A stretch of 64,000 nucleotides of DNA from an uncultured Verrucomicrobiae bacterium (GCA_963764165.1 CAVXRD010000001.1:1499070-1563069); one strand, 5' to 3'; shown: positions 23,701 through 33,422, counted from the first letter of the stretch. The notes: a model not told the origin generated them from the letters alone. Made by a program: numbers and translations.

Positions 23701-23786
23701 TCGAACCCAACGACGGTGTCCGCCCGGGCGGTCAAGCAGGCCGACACGGAGCAAACCGCGATTGCCAGAATGATTTTCAAGTTCAT
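17790..23786 (-). CDS. large secreted multidomain protein: putative zinc metallopeptidase + LamG-like + FN3-like repeats
   Basis: Signal peptide; HEVSHQFSRPH followed by YDFMSY (zincin/Met-turn-like); LVLWLTAD..WGDQSG..GDIAELLVYNTAL; about five LNGSVNPNG..FEYG..YG..TTYHYR repeats. Confidence 0.75.
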   Translation of the reverse strand: MNLKIILAIAVCSVSACLTARADTVVGFDDLPTGTYVSDQYSSMGVNFAPFQSSAGFVIADATAPSSPNILDISTHGGEQPSSYLQATFVDPHHTYISVSVGAKSPGGGQVTLTAYDLGGNIVGTNQVLVAANASKEGWTNLSVTSSGKDIASFVINGFYNENIRIDDLEFDTLSGPQLPDFSLQYQGSPTVGTVLVPEGTSANGTFLASVTIQLTRINGSSGDISYTCTGLPDGVTAGISPTTSQGTDNDLIVVILTADSSAVPVLNKNVTFTATPTSGAGGYGPHSVNFNVTVANTYDAAIVNMEVTQGIQYTALPVRPTDPNTGNPASSIPYSGVDLAMGGKTVVRVFAAMSSPQPQSSATKVPQISCLLYGYAADAFGIVTPLPGSPLPTASTNPAYPQHWVGAGVVSDAQRASSDDYRFTLPPSWTTPSFGKITLQAQLVPNLQVLAPAVPSMDCCPANDTLTMTDIGFLAMPNIQFIPIGLTVNNNNATCPECDMNIPQTTLDDGINLLPLGESQSGNGPLKLYDFTVYSDITGIWNTSSIAGQSISGDDRSYLAIMRVHAIANKFNYFQTGNIVVGIFPEYDPGSGFSERIRGKTYNSSQIAGGLGFLYPHSVSVFRDNLGPLNSAIHEVSHQFSRPHASPNGGAGDTSSGCWEQWPPDNMGYIDGVGIDRRDLTVPVYFNGISGPAIPGGSSSHYYYDFMSYGDNDIGTLLGINADPDEWISPKGWEETIYWMLGGSGQAGFYGTNTVYGYPPANVSCPPYETSDDQTTVNNTPGIRVNALVSRLGASIFDVTPGTFPYLGPPSSSPFHLQALDGSGNLLYDIPMTVSTAQDDTNSELSYLLDALIPSNTMDGFGSLTVMHNGSMITKLMRSPNAPVVQINNVVPDMPNAIGQLVTTVNWTATDADKDMLMTAVDFSTDMGQTWNGLYYGPDTNYVSITSSHFSTCATTLLRLRVNDGFNETTVISTPFAEGGNPPIVSITSPKNGSSTGNEEALHCAGNAVDDRHQVIPDGSLIWYSGKKQIGQGNSISVSGLAPITQTLTLVATDYMGRSSSASVMVKVLRSGLSKPLPDPGLFNTNLVLWLTADTELVTDTNGLVSFWGDQSGWGNDASQTDPSAEPMLAPGVANGFPAVQFGASGNQSLIIPTQVITSPQFTIVAVMNDQGMTDTSRGLFSSASTGSSQPVSFGLFGAGPVTAQFGREFVNGNAVVHSPQLFSVLTVVVGTNRDGANITTLYQNQEVIAQAATPAMLMASLAGPYAVGKLSGASGDTFWRGDIAELLVYNTALTSDELQMVYGYLQQKYEILPTAPQIDSVQVLSNVFRLNFTAQAYRPYQVLYTDALDTRPVIWRTLTNFYASGGISALIATDSLTNKQRFYQLVVPTMDPAPTNPQPPTVLTEPATLVTSNGATFNGSAFASGNDTTAWFQYGGDTNYGLNTFATVIGAAITNPVAVTYAASLSPGTLYHFQLVASNSAGVSYGGDQFVTTAAPPPALPTVLTFSASSVAATSVTLNGSVNGNGLPIAGLFEYGLDTSYGSSTYTNQFFTTSDYYDAQTYSTPITGLSPNTTYHFRAIAYSSSGEGFGADATFTTTGGGSQSPPTVQTLAASSVTSSGAVLNGSVDPNGGGATTYFEYGTSTSYGEVTTQTGIGTAPQSDFQATISGLNPSTTYHYRINAVNGGGITYGADVIFTTSPGASQPPPIVQTLAASSVTTTGAVLNGSVNPNGGGTTTYFEYGTNTSYGWVTTQTGIGTASQGDFQATLTGLSSSTTYHYRINAVNSGGITYGADTNFTTVWVPVPPTLLSPGTSLPSNSAFATTTPNFTYTGESQASSFNIAIYAYPTGSLIVNYSAHGSNQALPAGYLELGKEYQWSMTAFNSLGNESVSSSSLYFSTAALPSVTTSPATNVLGTTAQLAGYVNPNGAPASVYFEFGTTTSYGTSTTHTGIGTSAQRLIFSLSGLSRNTTYHYRINAVNGLGLSQGADVSFKTED

Positions 23787-23872
23787 AGCGTTTTCTGATT
23801 TATGGTGTGCCCCGATGAGTTAAGCAGCCGTTCCTGATTGTTCGTGGGTGAACTGATGCATTTTTCATTAAT

Positions 23873-23902
23873 CAATGCGGGATTTCGCGGCCAAAGACGC
23901 AA
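23873..23902 (-). promoter_or_regulatory. putative ECF-sigma promoter
   Basis: TTGCG-N12-AAATCCCGCATTG, same spacing as the site at 27515-27544. Confidence 0.55.
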
Positions 23903-23958
23903 AATATTTTGCGCGAGGAAAACGAACCGTCGAAGGCGCCCTGCGTGGCGCGTCACTA

Positions 23959-26900
23959 CTAATTTAATCTCAGGCTGGCCAGGACCTGCTCGATTTCCCG
24001 CAAACTCCAGATGGCGATGTCGCCGTTCTCGCGGGCCACGGCAAGGCGACGGCTGTCCAGACTCCAGGCCAATGCGTAGACCGTGCTATTTTCTTCCGGC
24101 AGGGAGTAAAGGTATTTGCCCGTTTTGGGATCCCAGATTTCCACGCCGCGCACAGAACGCGTATCGAACGCGAGCAAGGAACCGTCGGGACTGAGGCAAA
24201 AGTTCCAGATCGACGCCGGCCACGCTCTAATGTCTCCAATTGGAAATGAGGAAATGCATTTTTCCGTCGCCAGATCGAAGGTAGCCACCTCCACGTTGGT
24301 TCCAGTCGTGAACATCAACTGGCGGCTGTCCGGTGTGAAGCTGCAACATTGAACGCCCCACAGCACTCCGGGTCCGACCGAACGCGGTTGATCCGCCCGC
24401 TGAAAATCCCAAATGTAAATGCCGCTCCCCTCAAACACCACGAATTTTGCGTCCGGCGAAAACAACAGGCTGTTTCCGGATGCCGTTGCCGACTTGAAAA
24501 GCGTGGCTGAAATTTTTCCCTGCCTGTCGCCGGGCGAGCCGTGCTGGATCTCCCAAATCTTGGTTCCGCTGCGACCGGTTGCGGCAACGAAATGGCCGTC
24601 GGGACTGAACTGCGCCGCCCAGATTCGCCCGACGCCGTTACCACGGAGTTCGAGAAGCCGCTCGCCAGTATGCGCGTCCCAAATCCAGATCAAATCCGTT
24701 TCCCAATCTCCGGTGACCAGCCATTGCCCATCGGCGCTGTAGCCCACGCATTGGCCTGGGCCGGGAAGAGTGCCAGAATCCCACAGGATGTCGCCTTTTA
24801 CAGCGTCGCTCACTCTTGCCACGCGATCCTTCCCCACCGACACAATGCGCGCGCCATCCGGACTGAAGGCAATGCTGGTCACAGCGTCGCTGTGGGAGTG
24901 CAGCGTCAATTTTTCGGGGGTTTCCAGCCTGTATACCCACGGGCGCCTGGCAGACAGTGTCACCAAAAACCTTGCATCAGGCGCGAAGGCAAGTGGCGAA
25001 GCATCTTCCGGCTCCTCCAAAAAAGCTATGTCCTCCTGGCGCGCCAGACTCCAGAGACGGATGCGCATTTGATGTCTGATTGGAACGGCGATGGTGTCAT
25101 TGGCGATGGCTGCGCCCGATCGAAAAAACTCCTTAAGATCGCTGACTCGTTGGAAACCAGGGAGCGAGTAGACCGTCCCACCTGAAACTGAAAAATAAGA
25201 AAGATGCGTTCCGTCAGGACTGAATTCGAGACTTCCCGAGCTCGCCAACTGGGTTTGTTGCCGTCCCACGCGCCGGCCGCTCTCCACTTCCCAAAGTTCT
25301 AAAACGGGCTTGTTCGTGTCAGTGGGATCCACGTTTTGCACCGCCAGATACTGTCCGTCAGGACTTAGAGCCGCGCTCCGGACATTGGTCATTTCAATCC
25401 CTGGGACGAACGTCCGGGTCTGCAAATTAAACAGCCTCAGCTTCGAGTCTGGATTAGCCGCGTGTTCTTGCAACGGCGAGATCGAGGTAACGATGGAGGC
25501 AAACATGCCTTTGGTGGAGGCCGACAGGTCGATGGCCCCGGGCAACAGGCTATTTTCCGTTTGAGACCAGATTCCGTTGGTTCTGCGGTTCCAAATATAA
25601 AGCCGCACGGCGGGCTGCCCCTGTTTCCGTGTTCCTGGAATCGGCCCGTACAGCGCAAACAATTGATCGCCCGTAGAATTGAAGCTGAGACTTGCTGGAT
25701 AGTTCGTGCCCGCCAGCCGGGCCACTTCCCTGCCCGATGGAATCTCCCGCAGCAGGATCGTGCCATTGGCCAGTGCAAACGCCCCTAATTTTCCAGACAC
25801 ATCGAGATCCGCCGAGGTGATATTCGAGTTCGTTGGAAAATCGTCAAATGTCGTCGGCATCAGCCCAACAAAATCGCCGAGGGCGGCTACGGCTTCGCGC
25901 CGCAAACCAGACGGGTCTTTTTGGGGAACTTGAAGATCGCGCGCCTCTTGAAGAAGTTTGAAAACTTTGTCGCGATAACCCATGCGCCGGGCCAGCCTCG
26001 TCTCGCGCGCCTGGCCAACGAGCGAATCGTAAAGTTCCCGGCGCGCCGACGCTTTTTGATCCGCTTCGCTCGCCTCCGCTTTCTGCGCGCGATAGTGAGC
26101 CTGACGTTCCCGCAAGAACATCCACGTCGAAACTGCCAAGCCTGCGCCGAGCGCGGCGACGAACGTCGCAGCGACGACAAAAGCGACCTTGTTGCGGCGC
26201 ATCATTTTTTGAAAGCGATAGCCCGAACTTGGCGGGCGGGCGATGACAGGCTCGTTGGCTAAATGGCGCTCGATGTCCATCGCCAATCCGTTGGCGGTTT
26301 CGTAACGACGCGTGCGGTCCTTTTCAAGGCACTTCATCGCGATCCAATCAAGATCACCCTGCAATTGGTGAAGCAGCCTGGTCGTATCGGTGGATCTTCG
26401 CTTCGCTGTCGCGGTCAAATCATCGCCCTTGAGTGTTGAGAAACTCGTGCTTGGCCGCACTGGCTCTTGCTCTCGAATGGTTTTGCGCATCGCGTCCAGG
26501 CCCGCTGCGATGAGTTCCTTTCCATCGAATGGAGTTCGCCCGGCCAGAAGCTCGTAGAGCAAAACACCCAGGCTGTAAATGTCGCTGCGCGTATCAATAT
26601 CCAGACCGCTCATCTCCGCCTGTTCCGGACTCATGTAGGCGGGCGTGCCCATGAACTGATGCAACTGCGTGTAAACTGTTTCCGCCGTCAGCCGGCCTTC
26701 CGTCGCCTTGGCGATGCCAAAATCAATGACCTTCGGCACCGGCACGCCGTCGTGAAGCGTGACCATGATGTTCGACGGCTTGATGTCGCGATGGATGATT
26801 CCCTTTTGGTGCGCGTGCTGGACGGCGTGGCAGACCTTGATCATCAAGTTCAACCGTTCCGTCGTGTTGAGTTGGTTCTGGTCGCAGTAATCGGTAATCT

Positions 26901-27425
26901 TAACGCCCCGCACCAATTCCATGACAAAAAACGGCGGCCGGTCTCTGTGGCGGCGGCGTCGAAGACCTTGGCGATGTTGGGATGATCCATCATGGCCAGG
27001 GCCTGGCGCTCCGCTTCGAAACGCGCGACCACCTGCCTGGTATCCATTCCCAGCTTGATGACTTTCAGGGCAACGCGGCGCCGCACTGGCTCGTTCTGCT
27101 GGGCGACGTAGACAACTCCGCAGCCACCTTCGCCTACTTTCTCCAGCAGCCTGTAGCGGCCGATCGTTTGGCCAACGGCCTCGTCATCCGGGTTGATCAG
27201 GCTGGATTTGGCCGATTCGCCACTAGGCCTTGGCGCAGGACTGTCAAAGAAATCGCCAGCCTCCTGATCAGCTTGAAGAAGCTCCTCCACTTGCTGGCGC
27301 AAGGAGGCGTCGCCAACGCACACTTCATCAAGGTACGCGGCGCGCTCATCGCCGGGCAACTTGCGCGCTGTATTGAAAACATCCGCTGCACGCGCGGGGG
27401 ATTCTGGCATAAATTCGCGTCCCAC
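23959..27425 (-). pseudogene. Ser/Thr protein kinase + WD40 repeats, split by a 1-bp frameshift near 26930
   Basis: ORF 26850-27425 has GEGGCGVVY, VALKVIK, HPNIAKVFD; ORF 23959-26922 has MELV, HRDIKPSN, DFG, GTPAYMSPEQ and WD40 repeats. Confidence 0.85.
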
Positions 27426-27514
27426 TATCCGTCCATGGTTGTGAGAAATCGAAGCAAATAGACCGTTCCAACATTCCTATGTTGTTGAACCAGCGGCATT
27501 CGCTCATCCATTAC

Positions 27515-27544
27515 CAATGCAGGATTCCAGCGCAAAAAGCGCAA
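27515..27544 (-). promoter_or_regulatory. putative ECF-sigma promoter
   Basis: TTGCG-N12-GAATCCTGCATTG upstream of the kinase. Confidence 0.55.
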
Positions 27545-27607
27545 AAAAGTTACTCATGCGAAAAACAAATTCGAGCAAACCGCTAGAAGAACATTCGATC
27601 AACCTGC

Positions 27608-28171
27608 TCATGGAAGTTGTGCCTTGATTTCCCGGTAGAGCCAGGCGCGCGCGAAGGCCCAATAGTTGTCGGCAGTGCGCGCGGAAATATTCAGCGCCGC
27701 AGCCGCTTCCTCCAAAGTCATTCCCACGAAATAGCGAAGCTTCACCAATTCAGCTTCCGCCTTGTGCTGCACGGCGAGTTTGTCGAGAGCGTCGTTGACG
27801 GCCAGAAGCTTGTCATCGGGATATGGAGCGCGAACCTCGTCGGCAAGTTCGAAGTCAACGCGCTGCTGGCCGCCACCGTGGCGAATGGCCCGCTTGCTCA
27901 AGGCTCTGTCAATTAGAATACGCCGCATCGCCTCAGCTGCGGCGGAGAAAAAATGTGCGCGATTGGCAAAAGGCGGATTCTCCGCCCCGACCAGTCGCAG
28001 CCACGCTTCGTGGACCAGCGCGGTGGGCTGCAAAGTCTGATTAGGCGATTCACGGGCCATCTTAGACGCTGCCAGCTTGCGCAACTCATCGTAGACGAGG
28101 GGGAGCAGTTCGTCAGCGGCCTTGAGGTCCCCGTGTTCGATCGAATCAAAGATGCGGGTGAGCTGACTCAT
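27608..28171 (-). CDS. ECF sigma factor (kinase-associated type)
   Basis: LLPLVYDELRKLAA..TLQPTALVHEAWLRL..WAFARAWL; paralogue of 16537-17115. Confidence 0.9.
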   Translation of the reverse strand: MSQLTRIFDSIEHGDLKAADELLPLVYDELRKLAASKMARESPNQTLQPTALVHEAWLRLVGAENPPFANRAHFFSAAAEAMRRILIDRALSKRAIRHGGGQQRVDFELADEVRAPYPDDKLLAVNDALDKLAVQHKAEAELVKLRYFVGMTLEEAAAALNISARTADNYWAFARAWLYREIKAQLP

Positions 28172-28450
28172 TGAGCCTCTAGCTTAACCTGCTCCCGAGG
28201 CGTTTCGCCAGAGATTATCGCAGCGGATATCATTTGCCAATGGACCCGGCGGTCGTAGTCTGACGAAGTCTTCCCAATATCATCGGCAGGGACCGCCCCT
28301 CGCGCAACGGTCTCGGTTTCGATTTTATGATCCGTGCTGATGGGTGATTGACCTCGCCCTTCTATCACGGCTCCGATTTCGTCGCAAGTAGGTAAAGACG
28401 CTCTTGAGATTCGGCGTCCCTCCATTATCGTAGGGGTAACTAGAAGCGCG

Positions 28451-28873
28451 ATGGACACGGCTGTCATAAATGTCGATATCTGCTCAGTCAGTATTATTCT
28501 TATCGAGGACGATCAGGACGATATTTTCTTTTTTCTCCGGTCACTATCGGCTGCAGGTTTTCCGAAGCAATGTATTCATGTGTTTGACGGGAATTCTGTG
28601 AGGTCGTATCTCGAAGCCCATGCCCGCCAGCCGCACTTGGTGTTCCTCGATCTGAAAATGTCCCGAGTTAACGGATTTGAGTTCCTCGAATGGCTTAGTA
28701 ACCAATCATTTCGGAGTTTTATCGAAATTGTTGTCCTCAGCGGCTCAAATTCACCTGATGATTTCAGAGAGGCGAGCGCACTTGGAGCGTCGGATTTCCT
28801 TCCCAAACCTCTATCAAGCACTGTTCTCGCGGAAAAAATCCACGATTGGCTGCATCAATCGGCGCAAGCGTAA
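28451..28873 (+). CDS. single-domain response regulator
   Basis: ILIEDDQDD..FLDLKM..VVLSGS..FLPKP. Confidence 0.85.
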   Translation: MDTAVINVDICSVSIILIEDDQDDIFFFLRSLSAAGFPKQCIHVFDGNSVRSYLEAHARQPHLVFLDLKMSRVNGFEFLEWLSNQSFRSFIEIVVLSGSNSPDDFREASALGASDFLPKPLSSTVLAEKIHDWLHQSAQA

Positions 28874-29133
28874 GCCCCTCATGGGGAATTCGTTGCACAA
28901 ACCAATGACGTGAAGTGGCCACACCCTAAAAAATGCACCGACGCGACCGGAAACAAGAGGATTGATCGGTTAGTCGATTCAAAGCGGTCGCATCCGCGCC
29001 TATTAACTTTCCTTAATTCCAATTCCAGTGCCAGAGACGAGAAAATCGCTAGCGTCAGTTCGGCTGCGACCGCTAGGCCGAATTCTGAGCCTCACCGATT
29101 GGCGTTTCAGATTTTGAGAAAGCGTCGTAAATT

Positions 29134-29649
29134 TTACAGTTCTCCAAACTGGACCTTGCGCGCCGCATCCAAGCCGTCCGTGCAAATTAATGGAAGTTCG
29201 TTCAACCGCAGCCAAAAGTCTTTTATCATTCTGGCAAGTTCTGCCCTTTGAGAGATTCCGGGGGGTTTAACGACAAAAGCGTTTACACCAAGCCGGTAGG
29301 CTTGCTCAACATCGGTCGGAATTGCAGAAGATGACAACATTACGGTCGGCAGGCAGCGGAACGATTCCTCACTCTGAAGCCATCGCAATACATCAATCCC
29401 GCTTTTGCGCGGCATTTTCAGATCAAGAATTACCAAAGCAGGCAAAGGAAAATGGTTCCGATCGGAATATTTTCCTTTACCAGAAAGATACTCGATAGCC
29501 TCCTGGCCGTCGCAAACAATGCGAAGTGGAGTCTGGATTCCCGCATCTTCAAACGCGCGTTGCAGAAGGAACACGTCATTTGGATCATCTTCCGCCAATA
29601 ACACTCCACGATCAGTTTTCATGTTTCTGCTCCCGATAATTGCAACCAA
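29134..29649 (-). CDS. response regulator (Rcp1-like)
   Basis: LLAEDDPND..ILDLKMP..MLSSS..FVVKP. Confidence 0.9.
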   Translation of the reverse strand: MVAIIGSRNMKTDRGVLLAEDDPNDVFLLQRAFEDAGIQTPLRIVCDGQEAIEYLSGKGKYSDRNHFPLPALVILDLKMPRKSGIDVLRWLQSEESFRCLPTVMLSSSAIPTDVEQAYRLGVNAFVVKPPGISQRAELARMIKDFWLRLNELPLICTDGLDAARKVQFGEL

Positions 29650-31541
29650 AACCGACTTCCTTTTCCCGGTTCGGATTCAACCCCAGCTTCGCCGCCCATG
29701 CGCTCGGCCGCTTTGCGGACGATAGCCAGTCCGATGCCCGTTCCCGGAAAAGCGTTGCCATGCATCCTTTGAAACATTTGGAAAAGGCGTGGCTTTCCAT
29801 GGGCAGCAATGCCAATACCGTTGTCTTCAATCCAAAGACGCACCCCGCCGCCATTCCGCTCGGTGTAAATGCGGACCGCAGGCACAGTGTTTTGTGACAC
29901 AAATTTAACCGCATTGTCTAACAAATTCGTAATGCACTGGGTCAGGGAAGTTTCGTTTCCCGTCACCCACAATAACGGCGTTTCAATCTTGATCTCGGCT
30001 CGCGGTAGCTGAAAGTCGGGCCGGTCCTGAATAATATTCTGGATAACTTTATACACATCGACAGCCTCAATCGCGACCGGGGCGCGAGCCACGCGAGTAA
30101 ACGTGAGCAAATCGAGGATCAATTTGTCCATGCGTTGGGCAGCCCTGATGGCTTTCCTGAGCAGGTCCGATCCTTTCGGGTCAATTTTTTCACCGTAATC
30201 CTTCAACACAATTTCCGAGAAGCTTTCAATGGTCCGCAATGGAGCGCGCATGTCATGCGACAAGCTATACGAAAAAGCTTCCAGTTCGGAGACGGTCTTT
30301 TCCAGTGTGCGTGTGCGTTCACGAACCTCACGTTCCAACTCTCCGGCATACGATTGAAGTTTTGCGTTCGCTTCTGCCAGGGCCTGCTCGGCGTGCTTGC
30401 GTTCGGAAATATCGCGGGCGATTTTCGAGGCCCCGATTATCTGGCCGTCGCTATCTTTAATAGGAGAGATAGTCAATGAAATCGGAAGTCGGCGGCCATC
30501 CTTGGCCACTCGAACCGTTTCAAAGTGATACACGCGCTCCCCTCGTCGCAACCGGGCGAGGATTTCATCCTCTTCTTTTTGCAGTTCCAGAGGAATCAAC
30601 ATTTTGATCGACCGGCCAATTATTTCGTCCCCTGAGTAGCCAAAGAGGCGTTGCGCGCCTTCATTCCAACTGGTAATAATCCCGTCAAGATTCTTGCTGA
30701 TAATCGCGTCGTCGGAATTTTGCACGATCGCGGCAAGCCTCAATGCCGTCACTTCGGCCGCGCGGTGCTCAGTGACATCCCGGAAAACCAGAACCACTCC
30801 AAGCAACTCCCCCGCGCTTCCGCGTATCGGCGCTCCGCTGTCGTCAATTGGCCGTTCTGTTCCGTCCTTTGAAATGAGAATAGTATGGTTGGCCAGCCCG
30901 ACAACGGTTCCTTGTTGAAGAACTTTGGTGACGGGGTTTTCAACGGGTTTTCGGGTAAATTCGTTGACGATATTAAATGTGTCAACCAACGGAACGCCGA
31001 AAGCCTCTGGTGGCTTATGTCCTGTCAATGCCTCGGCCACGGCGTTCATGAATGTGACTCGACCGTTCCGGTCCGTCGCGATTACGCCGTCCCCTATGCT
31101 GGACAAGGTGACACGAAATTGTTCTTCACTTTGCCGAATCCGTTCCCGGGCAGCCACTTGGGGGGTAATGTCTCTCGCAATTTTGGATGCTCCAATAATC
31201 TTTCCATCTGAATCAACGACAGGCGAGACGGTGAGCGAAATATTCAGCAGGGCACCGTTCTTGGCCCGTCGAATGGTTTCGTAATGTCTAATACGCTCGC
31301 CCCTCTTGATTCGTTCGAGAATCATTGGCTCCTCGTCCGTCCGGTCGGGGGGGATGAGCATTACCACCGGTTGTCCGATGGCCTCCTGCGGCGTGTATCC
31401 AAAAATCATTTCGGCGCCTCGGTTCCAACTCGTAATGACGCCATCGAGATTTTTAATAATGATCGCGTCGTCGGACGAGTCCATAATGGCCACCAGCAAT
31501 GCATGAGACTGCTCCTCGAACGGATTCATAATTCTCAACAC
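29619..31541 (-). CDS. PAS-domain sensor histidine kinase
   Basis: Three PAS/PAC units, FSYSLSHDMRAPLR (H-box), NLLDNAVKF, DNGIGI, GTGIGL. Confidence 0.95.
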   Translation of the reverse strand: MLRIMNPFEEQSHALLVAIMDSSDDAIIIKNLDGVITSWNRGAEMIFGYTPQEAIGQPVVMLIPPDRTDEEPMILERIKRGERIRHYETIRRAKNGALLNISLTVSPVVDSDGKIIGASKIARDITPQVAARERIRQSEEQFRVTLSSIGDGVIATDRNGRVTFMNAVAEALTGHKPPEAFGVPLVDTFNIVNEFTRKPVENPVTKVLQQGTVVGLANHTILISKDGTERPIDDSGAPIRGSAGELLGVVLVFRDVTEHRAAEVTALRLAAIVQNSDDAIISKNLDGIITSWNEGAQRLFGYSGDEIIGRSIKMLIPLELQKEEDEILARLRRGERVYHFETVRVAKDGRRLPISLTISPIKDSDGQIIGASKIARDISERKHAEQALAEANAKLQSYAGELEREVRERTRTLEKTVSELEAFSYSLSHDMRAPLRTIESFSEIVLKDYGEKIDPKGSDLLRKAIRAAQRMDKLILDLLTFTRVARAPVAIEAVDVYKVIQNIIQDRPDFQLPRAEIKIETPLLWVTGNETSLTQCITNLLDNAVKFVSQNTVPAVRIYTERNGGGVRLWIEDNGIGIAAHGKPRLFQMFQRMHGNAFPGTGIGLAIVRKAAERMGGEAGVESEPGKGSRFWLQLSGAET

Positions 31542-32105
31542 TTTATTCCAGTAATTTTGACGAGTGTTATAAGGTGCTCTCCTACGCGGTCAGAAGAAAC
31601 GGAATCATTCAGCCTCTCCCATCTCTTTCGAAATATCGGCGCAAGACGGCGATCCCGCAACCCCAAATTCGCATTGGAAACGTGTCCACTGCCGCGCTCG
31701 GGAGGGCCTCGCCATCGCACGAGGGAATACGGGCTCTCCGATTCAACCCATCGTAACAGACGTTGTAATGCCACATAGGGGTGGCCACTATGAGTGAACG
31801 CCATCGTCGCAATATGCCCGAACGTCAAAACACTGATTAGATCGGGCTACGCCGATGAAAACACAGCGCTTTTCATGTTCTCCCGCAAGGCCGTGCGTCC
31901 CTTCCAAAGCCTTATTTGTTAGTGGCTCTTACGAACAAGGTTCGAGAAATGTTGGATCATTAAGACAGGCTCGATTGTTCACGGGTCGGCCACTCGATTA
32001 TATTACACGCTCTCAACCCTGAACCTCTTTAATATTGCGCGGTGTTTGAACTTGTCACATTGCCTTCTAAGTTCCTGGTCGTAAAGGTCTTACAGCTTGT
32101 GCGCG

Positions 32106-32612
32106 ATGTTGCCTTTTTGCGACCGCACTGTAAGCGTCGCCCGGAAGGATGTTGCACCCGTATGGACACGGAGTTTTCCAATTGCAAAGGAGCCTACAAC
32201 CCTTGGCGAACACCTCAAGAAGAAACGGTTCTTGGCTGGCATCCGACAATCGGAAGCCGCTCTAAAACTGGGGGTTAGCGACAGAACCCTTAGCCTTTGG
32301 GAAACAGACCGGGTGTATCCGGCCTGGGCTTTCCAGCCCCGTCTAATCACTTACCTCGGATACGACCCATTCACCAACCCGGCGCTTGGAAATCCTAAAG
32401 GCAACGAAACATCGCGTGTTGCCTTTTTATCACCCGATGCCCCCGCCACCACCGGTCAGAAAATCAAAAACCGCCGTTTTAAATTAAAGAAAACGAGGAA
32501 GCAATTGGCATCGGAACTAGGCGTTAGCGTCAAAACGCTGTGGAGCTGGGAAACAGATCGCCGGCAACCGACATCCCAAGGCCAAGAGCAGATTGCAAAG
32601 TTTCTTGAATGA
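32106..32612 (+). CDS. tandem XRE-type HTH protein (copy 2)
   Basis: MLPFCDRT..TLGEHLKKKR..QSEAALKLGVS..PALGNPKGNE..; collinear with 15743-16255. Confidence 0.75.
   Translation: MLPFCDRTVSVARKDVAPVWTRSFPIAKEPTTLGEHLKKKRFLAGIRQSEAALKLGVSDRTLSLWETDRVYPAWAFQPRLITYLGYDPFTNPALGNPKGNETSRVAFLSPDAPATTGQKIKNRRFKLKKTRKQLASELGVSVKTLWSWETDRRQPTSQGQEQIAKFLE
32397..32426. repeat. attP-like inverted repeat
   Basis: AAAGGCAACG-AAACATCGCG-TGTTGCCTTT. Confidence 0.7.
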
Positions 32613-32968
32613 GCGGATTACCGTTGGCGGCACTGGGCCTGTTGGCTTCTTGCCACCGCACCATTCACCATGTTCACAGAACAACATCGCTCCATTTTAA
32701 GCAGTTGCGAAACTATCCAGCAAGCCCCAAGACCCTTGGCGAGCACCTTCGCAAAAAGCGGATGGACCTCCACCTTTCCATGCCGCAACTTGCTGCAACG
32801 CTGGGACTTGGAATCACCGTCACCGAGATCGAGAAATGGGAAAAGAATCAGAATCGACCGACGAACGAACACCGCCATCAAATCGTTCAGTTCCTTGGGT
32901 TTGACCCGGCAACCACAAAAAACAGGCAGCTAATAGCGAGCCGCCTGTTGGGTATTGACCACCGATAA
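32609..32968 (+). CDS. XRE-type HTH protein (copy 3, single HTH)
   Basis: LASCHRT..YPASPKTLGEHLRKKRMDL..IEKWEKNQNRP..FLGFDP. Confidence 0.65.
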   Translation: MSGLPLAALGLLASCHRTIHHVHRTTSLHFKQLRNYPASPKTLGEHLRKKRMDLHLSMPQLAATLGLGITVTEIEKWEKNQNRPTNEHRHQIVQFLGFDPATTKNRQLIASRLLGIDHR

Positions 32969-33422
32969 GTGCTAGCGCGGTGACAGCGCAACGCCCTAAA
33001 TTGTGGAAATTTGATTCAAGAGCCAGCCTGCCGTAGTCTCTCTGGCATGATTAAACGGATGATTGGTGGACAGAATTGCAGGACTGTCGCCTTCCGAATG
33101 CGCTCCGGTGGTCCCCCAATTCTTGGTTTCTTGATGAGGTTTTAGTCAGGCATATGGTTTGGTCCTTAGGCTCGTTTAGTTTGGAAGTGCTTGCTTGTTA
33201 ACGGGTTTAGGACGGTTCGAACGACTCATCAGAGTGAAAAGTAGCGACGGCGAAGAAGTTGTGGAAACCGTTTGCACGTCGCGAGTTCTGGTGACGGGCA
33301 GTCTGGATTTCGTCGCCAACGCCCAGCGAACTTCATTCGCTATTTATAGATCTTAAAAGAAGTACATTCTATTTGACGATTGTTCTTGAACTTCACGATG
33401 GAAACGCATAATGTAATAACCA

